Made by a program: the position numbers and the translations under genes
Part shown: piece by piece, positions 10,066 to 22,146 of the stretch
Position numbering within the stretch: the stretch's first letter is position 1
How the letters are laid out: each line of letters starts with the position of its first letter
Assembly (NCBI GenBank): GCA_951406725.2
Contig: OX597827.1
Location: 34,596,001-34,660,000 of the forward strand
Direction: 5' to 3'
DNA: 64,000 bases
Source of the DNA: Octopus vulgaris
Taxonomy: Eukaryota
The notes under the pieces: generated by a model
Database searches by the model: none
What the model saw: the letters and a program-made list of their open reading frames with translations, nothing else
What the model was told of the DNA's origin: nothing

Positions 10066-13000
10066 ATATAATTATCTGCCTAACATCAAAGTAGCAGTGA
10101 TAATTCTTTTCCAAGAGATTTAGAGTTTTCTGAAAGAAAAAGAAAGCATAAATGTAGTGAAAGATTTTGTAAGAATATAATTATTCTTGTTTTATATTTT
10201 TTTTTTCAAAAACAAAGATTTTTTTTCAAACAAAATTATAATTACATATGATTTCAAGAATATATAACTCATTAACATTAATAATAGATATTCATTTCAC
10301 CAATCAGTTTCATTATTGAATATGTACAATATATGTCATTTTAGACCAAAGACAGATTAAATATATCAAATTTAAAAATTGGTCTAAAGATCTATGAAAT
10401 TAAAAGTTAACATAAAAATGAAATATATATTGATTTATATTAAAAAAAAACAGCTTCACTGAGTGGTTACGAAGTTTCTAATTGGGAGAAAAATTAAGCA
10501 AATAATAATTATGCAGAAGTCCAACATGAGTGTGTGTGCTGCATGCATTCGCACATGTGTGCATGTGTGTGCCTATGTTATGTCACTTTTTCCCCTGTAA
10601 CTCAGTAGTTTGACAATTGATAAAATTGACAGAAAAAAAGCTTTGGGGTCAATATGATTGACTAAAGCCTTGAAGATGAGAAAGGACAGTGCCCAAAATA
10701 TTTTGTAGGTGGTGGGATGAAGATATCCCCTGACCAGAGACCTGGCCTAAATGTTTACAACAGAGTGGACTCTACTGTGGAGTCTACTCCTAAGGTAGAG
10801 GGGAAGGAAGTTAAATTGAGCAAAAGATTAAGCTTGCCACCCAAGAACAGGAATGGTTTCTCTTCCAAGCTTGCACAGAGTTTCCATCAATCCAATTCCA
10901 CTCACAAGGAACTGGTCGATCTAATGATATTGTAGAAGACACTTGCCCAAGATGCTATGCAGTGGGATTGGATCCAAAACCATACAGTTTTTAAAGAAAA
11001 CTGCTCATGCACAGCGTCATATCTGTGATCATTGCAGGAGAAAGAGTATTTGAAGTACAACAGTCATAAAACGTACACAGTTAATTAGAAATGAAGATAC
11101 TCTAGAATACTGACGACAGACTGAGAGAAACCCTGCTGCTTCTTACTAAATGTCATGTTTCCATAACAAGTACGCCACAACGAAAGGGGTTCTGTATATT
11201 CAATGTGTGTCAGTTTTCTTTCACATTAGTACCTATCAATGGAAAAGTTAACAGCTTAACTCAATTCAACAATATATCTGGTTGGATCCTCATTTGGGAA
11301 ATGTATATCTTACACAAATTTGCTCCAAAATTATAAGGTTCTATTGTCTTAATTTTGTAATTTTAAAGAGTGGTCACTAGTATATTTGGTCCTTCCAAAG
11401 CATATCTAATCAGAATTAATCCTCTTTTAATGTGAAATGCTATCAGTTGAGAAAGTCTGCTCTGTTGCAATTAGCTGTTTGTTAAAGGAAGTGACAGCAG
11501 GAATCACATTCAAATAATTGAAGTTTATAAGTTTCTATGTCACCTCATGGGTGAATTGCTTTCCTTGTGCAACTCTAATGTAGGTAGATGAGAAATGAAG
11601 AGTACAAGGAAGAAACTGGATTCTTTCCACTCCAAACAGCGTTCTTCTTGACAGTCAATGGCCAAACAAAATCTAATGAATACAACTTTACAAAAAATGT
11701 GATTGCAAACAATCAAGCTTCAAGAATGTGAAGGTCTGTCTTCATAATGGAGTTCAAAGACCTTGTAAACATCACACTAAAGAAATATTTTCAAGATACC
11801 AAAGTTCTAAAAATTGCAGGCTACTCAATCCAAACAGGGGTCTCCTACATGCTTGCTTGACTAATAAGGAATAACAACCAAATTTTTTCAAATTATGCCT
11901 TACTAGAGAACTACTAATGAACAATACCAATAATATCACTGCCTATGGATATTTGGGTGGTAGATTGACAGAATTTTTATAGCGTCAGACAAAATGCCTT
12001 GCTGTTTATTTTTAACATTCTGAGTTAAAATAATGCAGAGGTCAATTTTGCCTATTGTCACTCTGAGGTTGTTGAAATAAAGAACCAATCAAGTACTTGG
12101 GTTAAATTGAGTGATTCTGATGTCTCCTAGACTTCTTCAAGCAAGAGACTATAGGGAATCTACAAATTTTAATGCTGTTTACTTTTAATACTGATGAGAG
12201 TGTAGACCGCAACAGCAATCTGGTGCACAGTATTTTTATTAAGAACAGAGACCCCCAAGTATTATTAGGTCTGGGAGAAAGGCAGCAATCTGGCAGAATT
12301 GTTGACATGCTGGACAAAATGCTTATCAGCATTTTTCCGACTCTTTATGTTTCATGTTCAAATACTGCCAAGCTTCACTTGGCCTTCCACTCTTTCAGGA
12401 TCAATAAAACAAGTTCTAGTTAAGCACTGGGGGTGATGTAATCATCTTCCCCCTGCACTCAAAATCACTGGCCTTAAGCCAAAGAATAGAAAGAATTGTT
12501 AGTTTTGAAAGATACAATAATAGGACAATACCACACCAATCTTATAATTAATAGGATATGTGGTGTAGCAGTTATCATGACCAACACAAAGTTGACAGAA
12601 GATATTTTTGGTGAATATTGATTTCATAACATGAACAAAACAGACGAATTTTCATTTACAGAGAGAGTGTGGGATTTGGTTTTGTAGCAGTGACATACAC
12701 CTTTCACATAGGTGATACAAGTGATGTAAAATAAAGTGAAACCAACCAGGGCAGATTCACTGAGGAATTTACCTTTCTACAGTTGCATTGGTTATAAATC
12801 TCTTATTTTTATGGCCTAGTCAGAAAAAGATGGACAGGGCTCATGATTTGTGTGAGGTCTGAGACATATGAGAGGAAAAGACAAGAAACTATACATCATG
12901 GACTGCTGTGTTAAGAGACAGACCAAGATACAGTCCAGACGCAGGACTATCTTAATCAGTAACGTAGATATATGTGGGGTGGGGGAATGAGGTGCTCCAC

Positions 13001-13624
13001 CATGGGCAATGCTTTTATGGGGGTGGAAATTTAGAATCTTATGTAGTTTAGGGACGGGGAGAGGGGAAAACTCAAAGACTGCCCCAAGTGCACACAGCCT
13101 AGCTGTGCAACTGACCTTAATAACATTTTAAAACCCCACTTACCCAGCTAAGTAATAACGAAGGCCTGTAATATTTATTGTCAGTGAATCACAGTAGAGA
13201 TTACCACTAGGCCCCTAGACCACAGCCCCCTACACATATCTTAAAATGACACTCTTCAGAATTGGAGACAGGGTCTGAAAATGCTTGGATTCCATTCGTG
13301 ACTCCCACGAAAGAGTGCAGTTAAATCAAAGGGCTTCGGCCAAGTTTTCGGCAACCCAACTTCTCTCATACGGTTTGGGTCCACCCAAATCTATGGTAGA
13401 AGACAGTGGGTATTAAACCCAGAATCAGTTGATTAGGATTTTCCTGACCGACCATGCAACCATAAACTTCTCCCACCCCACCAGTGAATCAAAGTTGTTA
13501 ACACCGGGTTCGAAAGCATAATTCAGTTCACTTCACCCATATCATCAAAGACAAGTTAAACCGATCGCATATTAGGTTCCTTGTAAATATAGGGACATGT
13601 TAGTTATGTGAATACACACACACA

Positions 13625-13794
13625 CATATATAATATATATATATACATATATGTATGTATGTATGTATACACACTATATACATATATATATGTATGTATA
13701 CACACTATATATATATATATATGTATGTATGTATACACACTATATATATATATATGTATGTATACACACTATATATATATGTATGTATACACAC

Positions 13795-13828
<34 letters not shown>

Positions 13829-13831
13829 CAC

Positions 13832-13868
<37 letters not shown>

Positions 13869-13874
13869 ATACAC

Positions 13875-13955
<81 letters not shown>

Positions 13956-13961
13956 ATACAC

Positions 13962-13994
<33 letters not shown>

Positions 13995-14004
13995 GTATAT
14001 ACAC

Positions 14005-14035
<31 letters not shown>

Positions 14036-14038
14036 ATA

Positions 14039-14109
<71 letters not shown>

Positions 14110-14126
14110 CATTTACACGCATTTTA

Positions 14127-14182
<56 letters not shown>
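13625..14182. repeat. Compound TA-based microsatellite with a higher-order unit
   Basis: About a dozen units of (TA)n-(TATG)1-3-TATACAC, followed by pure (TA)n. Confidence 0.9.
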
Positions 14183-14185
<3 letters not shown>

Positions 14186-14432
14186 CAGTTTATTTTTGTG
14201 AACATACGACGAAAACCGTGGAACAACGAGAAACAAGAACGATAAAGAATATTGTTTCAACAAAAAGAAAAAAATACCATGATTACTAACTGATAATCAC
14301 ATTTATAGAAAAAAAACAGCAACAATAAAAACAATGGCTAATGAATTATCGGAAAAGAATATTTACGAAAACAGCATCAAATTTGTACGTAAATCCATTC
14401 ACACACAGTACACACACGTTGTATATATACAT

Positions 14433-14473
<41 letters not shown>

Positions 14474-14879
14474 CTAGAGTTTTATATATATAGATGTATA
14501 ATATATATATAGATAGATAGATAGATACATACATACATAGATGCGCGCGCGAGCACACACACATACAGAGACAGCTGTATTCACATAAATCTATATACAA
14601 ACATATATACATACATATAACACAAAATGCTAAGACACAAAACTAAAACCAGAGACAACAAACAAGTAAAAATAAATAAACGAAATAAATAAACGGGCAT
14701 TCGTTAAGAAGAAGAGGGAAAAAAACAAGCAACGGTGGGTGTAGCTCTTACTAAGGATGGAAACCAGCAATCTAGTTTTCCATTAGATAAAAACCAGAAC
14801 TGTGACAGTCAGACTACATCTAAAAAAGAAGGCTGAGTGATTGAAGACCATTTAAATGTCTAAGACAAAAACGACCACT

Positions 14880-15125
14880 ACATACCCTGATAGACGTAAC
14901 GAACTCAACTGGGTAGATCGGTCTTCTAATGCCTGCCCCCTTGTTCTTTTCTTTACTTATACAGACAGGCTTTTGTCGCAGTTACCATCGTGTCTGCTGT
15001 GTTGATGATGGTGGCTGGTGTTGTTCATGATTATTCTTTAGCTTCCCCTCTCGGGAAGTTGTCACCATCGAAATAGCGTACATCGACTCGGTTTACCGAC
15101 TAAGGGAGATAACTGTACGGAAGAC
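14880..15125 (-). promoter_or_regulatory. Candidate promoter or non-coding first exon of ZF1
   Basis: Local CpG retention in non-repeat DNA. Minus-strand donor AGG|GTATGT at 14886/14885 and a strong minus-strand acceptor tgctttctttttctttcag ending at 10130. Inference only. Confidence 0.35.
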
Positions 15126-15164
15126 TGGTGTTAATGTGTGTGTGTGTGTGTGAATGCACGGATG

Positions 15165-15211
<47 letters not shown>

Positions 15212-15240
15212 GCAAACACACACACATATATGTATGTGTA

Positions 15241-15280
<40 letters not shown>

Positions 15281-15283
<3 letters not shown>

Positions 15284-15494
15284 TTTTACTTGTTTCAGTC
15301 ATGTGACTGCGGCCATGCTGGAGCACCGCCTTTAGTCGAACAAATCGACCCCAAGACTTATTCTTTGTAAGCCTAGTGATTATTGTTTCGGTTTCTTTTT
15401 CCGAACCGCTAAGTTACGGGGACGTAAACACACCAACATCGGTTGTCAAGCGATGGTGAGGGACAAACACAGACACACAGACATACACACAATT

Positions 15495-15534
<40 letters not shown>

Positions 15535-15686
15535 GACGGGCTTCCTTCAGTTTCCGTCTACCAAATCCACTCACTTTGGTCGACCCGAAGCTATAGTAGA
15601 AGACACTTGCCCAAGGTGCCACACAGTGGCACTGAACCTGGAACCATGTGGTTGGGAAGCAAGCTACTTACCACAACCACTCCTGC

Positions 15687-15687
<1 letters not shown>
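15281..15687 (-). mobile_element. SINE family A, full length
   Basis: Reverse complement of the 49029-49414 element, embedded in (TA)n on both sides. Confidence 0.88.
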
Positions 15688-15725
<38 letters not shown>

Positions 15726-15726
<1 letters not shown>

Positions 15727-18700
15727 GTGGGTATACTTATCGCTGAGAAATGGGTCGTGGGTATACTTATCACTGAGAAATGGGTAGATAAAGTAATTGA
15801 GGTAATCAGAGTATGTGACAGAATACTTAAGATTAGATTAGTGCTTCATCATAGTTTAGCAACCATTATATCGGCCTATGCTCCTCAGTCGGGGCTACCC
15901 GATGGACAGGAAAGACCGATTCTATGACACTCTACTGCAGACTACCTCGTTGACGAACAACAGAGACCTTCTCTTTGTGGCTGGTGACTTCAATGGTCAC
16001 GTTGGACGACATGCTGGGGGCTTCCATGGTGTACATGGAGGCTATGGCTATAGTTCCCGCAACGAGGAGGGAACCAGGCTGCTGGAGTTCTGCGATGCAA
16101 ATAATCTTATGATTTGCAACACTAAATTCAGGAAACCTACCAGCTACCTAGTCACCTACCGATCGGGCCAACATACCAGCCAAATTGACTACATCCTTGC
16201 CAGGCAAAGGGAGAGATGGCTGCTTACAAATGCCAAAACCTTCCCAGGCGAAGAATGTACCCCACAACATAGACTGGTAGTTAGTGACTTTAGGATCAGG
16301 ACTAGGAAGACGACCAACATGGAGAAGAAGGATCTGGAAGCTTAAAGATCCTGCGAATGGACAGAGATTTAGGAACATGCTACTTGAAGCCTTTGACGAA
16401 GTAGAAGGGGATAGAGTATCACATGGAGTAGAAGGCAACTGGACGTTTCTAAGGGACAACCTGCTGAGAGCCACTGACCAGATCTGTGGCTGGTGCAAAG
16501 TCCCCTCTCATCCCAAGGTAACGTGGTGGTGGAACAGTGTTGTAGACAGGGCTATTAGAGAAAAGAGACAGACTTGGAAGGACTGGAAGAATGGTGATAG
16601 CAGGGAATTGTATCAGACAGCCAAAAGGGAAGCTAGGAGACAGGTCTATCTAGCCAGAGGGGAAGCAGATAAGAAAAAATTTGCCAATGTTCTGCGCCGA
16701 CAGTGTGTGAGAGAGAATTGCGATGTGGTAGGAGAGAAGTGTGTTTGCATGGAAGATGGTTCACTTGCGCTAAATGAGGATGTAAAGAGAGAAGTTTGGA
16801 GACGCCACTATGAAAGGTTGCTGAATAAAGAAAATGAATGGGATAAAGAGAGTCTGCCGAATGTTGACCCAACAGAGGGACCAGCTATCCGAGTTGACAG
16901 TTCCTTGGTAGTTAAGGCAATTAGAAGCATGAAGACAGGGAAAGCCCCAGGCCCATCAGGAATCACTGCAGAGATGCTCAAAATATCTGGTAGTGTCGGT
17001 TATAGCCTAGTCACACGAATAGTTAATCAGGTGATACACGAAGGAGTCATACCCAATGACTGGTGTAGCAGCATAATAGTCAGCTGCTACAAAGGTAAAG
17101 GTGACGCCCTAGATACAAATAATTACAGAGGTATCAAGCTGTTGGATCAGGTAATGAAGATTACAGAGAGGGTCATAGCCCAACTAATTAGAGAGAGAGT
17201 TAGTTTAGATGAGATGCAGTTTGGGTTCGTGCCAGGAAAAAGCACCACTGATGCTATATTCCTGGTAAGGCAGCTGCAGGAGAAATACCTAGCCAAAGAT
17301 AAGCCCCTGTACCTGGCTTTTGTTGACATGGAGAAAGCCTTCGACAGGATCCACCGATCCCTTATCTGGTGGTCAATGAGGAAACTAAGGATAGATGAAT
17401 GGTTAGTGAGAGCTGTGCGAGCCATGTACAGGGACGCTGCTAGTAAGGTGAGGGTTGGCAACGAGTACAGTGAAGAATTCAAGGTAGAGGTAGGGGTCCA
17501 CCAAGGATCAGTCCTCAGCCTCCTCCTATTTATCATAGTCCTCCAGGCAATAATGGAGGAATTCAAGACAGGATGCCCCTGGGAGCTCCTATATGCTGAT
17601 GACCTTGCTCTAATTGCTGAGTCACTATCAGAACTGGAGGAGAAATTTCAGGTGTGGAAGCAAGGATTAGAATCGGAGGGCCTTAGAGTCAATCTAGCTA
17701 AAACCAAAGTCCTAATAAGTAGGAAGGTAGACAAATCACAAATCTCTTCAGGTAGATGGCCCTGCTCGATCTGTAGAAAAGGTGTAGGTAGAAACTCTAT
17801 AAGATGCACCAAGTGAAAGCTATGGACACATAAGAGGTACAGCAATGTCAAAGGAAGGCTAACTAGGAAGATAGTTTTTGTATGTGGCAGATGCTCAGGA
17901 ACAATAAACACTGAAAATGCTCTGAGACCAACTTCTGTCACTTTCCAGGGAGAAAAACTAGAAATAGTTGATAGCTTCCGTTACCTAGGTGACCAAGTCA
18001 GCAGCGGGGGTGGGTGTGCTGAAAGTGTAACTGCTAGATTAAGAATAGCTTGGGCAAAGTTCAGAGAGCTCTTACCTCTGCTGGTAACAATGGGCCTCTC
18101 ACTCAGAGTAAAAGGCAGACTGTATGACGTGTGTGTACAAACAGCCTTGCTACATGGCAGTGAAACATGGGCCGTGACTGCTGAGGATATGTGTAAGCTC
18201 GCAAGAAATGAAGCCAGTATGCTCCGATGGATGTGTAACATCAGTGTTCATACTCGACAGAGTGTAAGTACCTTGAGAGAAAAGCTGGACCTAAGAAGCA
18301 TCAGATGTGGTGTGCAAGAGAGACGTTTGCACTGGTATGGACATGTGGCGAGAATGGATGAAGATAGTTGTGTGAAAAAGTTCCACACCCTAGCGGTTGA
18401 GGGAACCTGTGGAAGAGGCAGACCCAGGAAAACCTGGGACGAGGTGGTGAAGCACGACCTTCGAACTTTAGGTCTCACTGAGTAAATGACTAGAGACCGA
18501 GACCTCTGGAAGTATGCTGTGCATGAGAAGACCCGGTAGGACAAGTGAGACCATAACCTATGGCCTTCTACACGGGATGTAGCCAGTTCACTTATGCATA
18601 CCTTCCCTTCTTGGGACACAAAACTCTACTTGTGAAGACCTGTTGAGGCAAGTGAGAAATCAGAATCGAAATCGATCAATGGAAATTGCAGCTGAGTTAC

Positions 18701-18979
18701 CAGTACCGGTGGCACGTAAGAGAACCATCCGAACGTGGCCGTTGCCAGCGCCTCCCCGACTGGCCTCGTGCCGGTGGCACGTAAAAAGCACCATCCGTTC
18801 GTGGCCGTTGCCAGCACTGCCCTGACTGGCCTCGTGCCGGTGGCACGTAAAAAGCGCCATCCGTTCGTGGCCATTGCCAGTATCGCCTGGCCCCGGTGGC
18901 ACATAAAAAGCACCATCCGTCCAACCCATGCTAGCATGGAAAGCGGATGCTAAACGATGATGATGATGATGATGATGAT
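15726..18979 (+). mobile_element. 5'-truncated RTE-clade LINE, copy 1 (partial APE endonuclease, RT, 3'UTR, (GAT)n tail)
   Basis: APE motifs IISAYAPQ, GDFNGHVG, SQIDYIL. RT motifs KAPGPSG, NYRGIKLL, QFGF, DMEKAFD, GVHQGSVLS, LYADD. C-terminal RGRPRKTW. Frameshifts and stops. Ends in (GAT)n. Confidence 0.95.
18706..18920 (+). repeat. ~56-66 bp GC-rich minisatellite (about 3.5 units) in the LINE 3'UTR
   Basis: Units begin ccggtggcac(g/a)taa at 18706, 18771, 18837 and 18893. Degenerate equivalents at ~19150-19440 and ~28070-28210. Confidence 0.85.
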
Positions 18980-20930
18980 ATCATCATCATCATCGTTTAA
19001 CGTCCGCTTTCCATGCTAGCATGGGTTGGACGATTTGACTGAGGACTCGCGAACCAGATGGCTGCACCTGGCTCCAATCTGATCTGGCAGAGTTTCCACA
19101 GCTGGATGCCCTTCCTAACGCCAACCACTCCGAGAGTGTAGTGGATGCTTTTATGTGCCACTGGCACAAGAGCCAGTCAGGCGGTACTAGCAATGGCCAT
19201 GCTCAAGTGGTGTTTTTTACGTGCCACCTGCACAGGAGCCAGTCCAGTGGAACTGGCAACGACCTCACTCGAAGGTTTTTCATGTGTCACCGGCACAAGT
19301 GCTAATGAGGTGATGCTTGTAACGATCACGTTTGAATGGTGCTTTTTATGTGCCACCAACACAGAAGCCAGTCAGCTGCTCTGGCAGCGATCATGCTCAG
19401 ATGGTGCTCTTAGCGCTCCACTGGCATGGGTGCCAGTCATTGAATTTGTGAATTTGATTTGATTTCGATTTCACTTGCCTCAACAGGTCTTCACAAGCAG
19501 AGTTTAGTGTCCAATGAAGGAAAGATACACATAAGTGGACTGGTTACACCCCTGGCATAGGCCAAGGGTTATGGTTTCACTTGGCTTGCTGGGTCTTCTC
19601 ATGCACTGCAAATTTCCAAAGTTCTTGGTCACTAGTCATTGCCTCAGTGAGGCCTAATGCTCGAAGGTCGTGATTCACTACCTCATCCCAAGTCTTCCAG
19701 GGTCTACCTCTTCCAAAGGTTCCCGCAACTGCTAGGGTGTGGCACTTTTTCACACAGCTATTCTCATCCATTCTCGCCACTTGGTCATACCAGCGCAGTC
19801 GTCTCTCTTGCACACCACATCTGATGCTTCTTAGGTCCAGCTTTTCTCTCAAGGTACTTACACTCTGTCGAGTATGGACACTGACATTACACATCCATCG
19901 GAGCATACTGGCTTCATTCTTTGTGAGCTTCTGCATGTCCTCAGCAGTCACAGCCCATGTTTCACTGCCATGTAGCATGGCTGTTTGTACACATGCGTCA
20001 TACAGTCTACCTTTTACTCTGAGCGAGAGGCCCATTGTCACCAGCAGAGGTAAGAGCACTCTGAGCTTTGCCCAGGCTACTCTTATTCTAGCAGGTACAC
20101 TTTCAGTGCACCCTCCCCCGGTACTGACTTTCTCACCTAGGTAACGGGAGCTATCAACTATTTCTAGTTTTTTCTCCCTGGAATGTGGTGGAAGTTGTTC
20201 TCTGCACATTTTTCAATGTTTATTTCTCCTGAGTATCTGCCACATACAAAAACTATATTCCCAGTTAACCTCCCTTTGATATTGCTGCACATTTTATGTG
20301 TCCATAGCTTACACTGGGTATATCTTATAGAGTTTCTACCTACGCCTTTTCTACAGATTGAGCAGGGCCATCTACCTGAAGAGATTTGTGGTTTGTCTAC
20401 CTTCCTACTTATTAGGACTTTGATTTTAGCTATGTTGACTCTAAGGCCCTCCGATTCTAATCCTTGTTTCCACACCTGAAACTTCTCCTCTAGTTCTGAT
20501 AGTGACTCAGCAATTAGAGTAAGGTTGTCAGTATAGAGGAGCTCCCAGGAGCATCCTGTCTTGAATTCTTCTGTTATTGCCTGGTGGACTATGATAAATA
20601 GGAGGGAGCTGAGGACTGAACCTTGGTGGATCCCCTACCTCTACCCAGAATTCATCACCGTACTCGTTGCCAACCCTCACCTTACTGACAGTGTCCCTGT
20701 ACATGGCTTGCACAGCTCTCACTAACCATTCATCTATCCCTAGTTTCCTCATTGACCACCAGATAAGGGATCAGGGGACCCTGTCAAAGGCTTTCTCCAT
20801 CTCAACAAAAGACAGGTACAGAGGTTTATCTTTGGCTTGGTATTTCTCCTGCAGCTGTCTTACCAGAAATATAGCATCAGTGGTGCTTTTTCCTGGCATG
20901 AACCCAAACTGCATCTCATCTAAACTGACT
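18980..20930 (-). mobile_element. 5'-truncated RTE-clade LINE, copy 2, inverted and tail-to-tail with copy 1
   Basis: Minus-strand ORF fragments nearly match copy 1 (WKQGLESEGLRVN, LHGSETWAVT, GRGRPWKTW). Same 3' terminus gtccaacccatgctagcatggaaagcgga..taaac(gat)n. Confidence 0.95.
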
Positions 20931-21159
20931 ATATATATCTATATATATACATATATATATAAAATCGAAAAAGAAAAACAAAGAAAAAAACAACAACACA
21001 AGGACAAGGTACATGCAAAGTATTAAAAAACAGAAAGGTTGTTTTAGATTTCAAGCAAAGCTCTTCTTCAGAAACAGGAGACAGAAGAAAGAGAAAAGAA
21101 GATGGAGGAAAAAATATCGCCAACAATCCACTTGTAGCTACATTTTGATTTTTTTATCT

Positions 21160-21518
21160 TTTTACATTTTTCAGTCAATATACTGCAGCCATGCTGGGTC
21201 ACCACCTTCAGAAATTTAATCAAACAAATTGACCCAGTGTCTTTTTCTTTCAAAGCCTGATACTAATTCTACTGGTCTCTTTTGTCCATCTGCTGAGTTA
21301 TAGTGATGTAAACACACCAACACCAGTTATCAAGTGGTGGTGGAGGGGACAAACACACACATATACACAACAGGCTTCTTTCAGTTTCCAACAACAAGAT
21401 ACACTTACAAGGATTTGGTCAATCCAAAGCTATAATAGATGTGCCCAAGATACCACACAGTATGGCTGAATCTGGAACCATGTGGCTGAGAAGCAAACTG
21501 CCTACAACTCAGCCACAC
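21160..21518 (-). mobile_element. SINE family A, diverged copy
   Basis: ttcagtca..ctgcagccatgctgg...aaacacaccaacaccagtt...ggaaccatgtggctgagaagcaaact. Confidence 0.75.
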
Positions 21519-21813
21519 ACATATAGATAGGGATAAAGTATCCAGGTAGATACCATTCGAGCACTCAGTAATGGCAAACCACATTGAGTGTTAAGGAACA
21601 CTTAGGATTACTTAAGGTAAGCACTCCCAATGTAATTTATCTGATGGGTAAATCCTGGGTCACTTCACTAGATTGAAACATAGCCATCTCACAATTGTGA
21701 GATGTCTATGCAACAGAAACATGCTTCAAACACATTTAAATCAAAAATGCTGTGTAATTGACTACAAAAAAAATGTAGATGTTTGAAAGCTGAATTCATT
21801 GTAATTGTCTTAA

Positions 21814-22146
21814 GGCGCATGGCTAAGTGGTTAGAGTGTCGAGCTTAGGATCGTGAGGTTGTGAGCTCAAATCCCGGACCGGGCTGCGTGTTGTGTTCTT
21901 GAGCAAGACACTTTATTTCACGTTGCTCCAGTTCACTCAGCTGTAGAAATGAATTGTGACGTCACAGGTGCCAAGCTGTATTGGCCTTTGCTTTTCCTTT
22001 GGATAACACTGGTGGCGTGGAGAGAGGAGGCCGGTATGCATGGGCGACTGCTGGTCTTCCATAAACAACCTTGCCCGGACTTGTGCCTGGGAGGGTAACT
22101 TTCTAGGTGCAATCCCATGGTCTGTGTCGTGGCTTAAGGGGGTCTC
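21814..22146 (+). mobile_element. Full-length tRNA-derived SINE with CORE-like central domain and RTE-5'UTR-like body
   Basis: A box tggctaagtgg and B-box-like gagctcaaatccc. CORE-like tgtgttcttgagcaagacacttta...cagttcactcagctgtagaaatg. Two more copies at 51196-51780. Confidence 0.85.

Noticed and set aside
10340-10388. Short inverted repeat tttagaccaa...ttggtctaaa
   Set aside because: Only about 10 bp in very AT-rich sequence, with no convincing extension.
13608-14289. Long YI/IY-rich ORFs (also at 24063-24616, 59407-60208 and many short ones)
   Set aside because: They are translations of (TA)n/(TG)n microsatellites, which lack stop codons.
18706-18920. CRISPR-like repeat array
   Set aside because: Whole units are repeated with no unique spacers, there are no cas genes, and the array lies in a eukaryotic LINE 3'UTR.
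21560-21600. aatggcaaaccac motif reminiscent of RTE-associated HDV-like ribozymes
   Set aside because: I could not build the nested double pseudoknot from the surrounding sequence.
21814-21885. tRNA gene
   Set aside because: tRNA-like A and B boxes run straight into a dispersed repeat body with no proper acceptor stem, so this is a SINE head.
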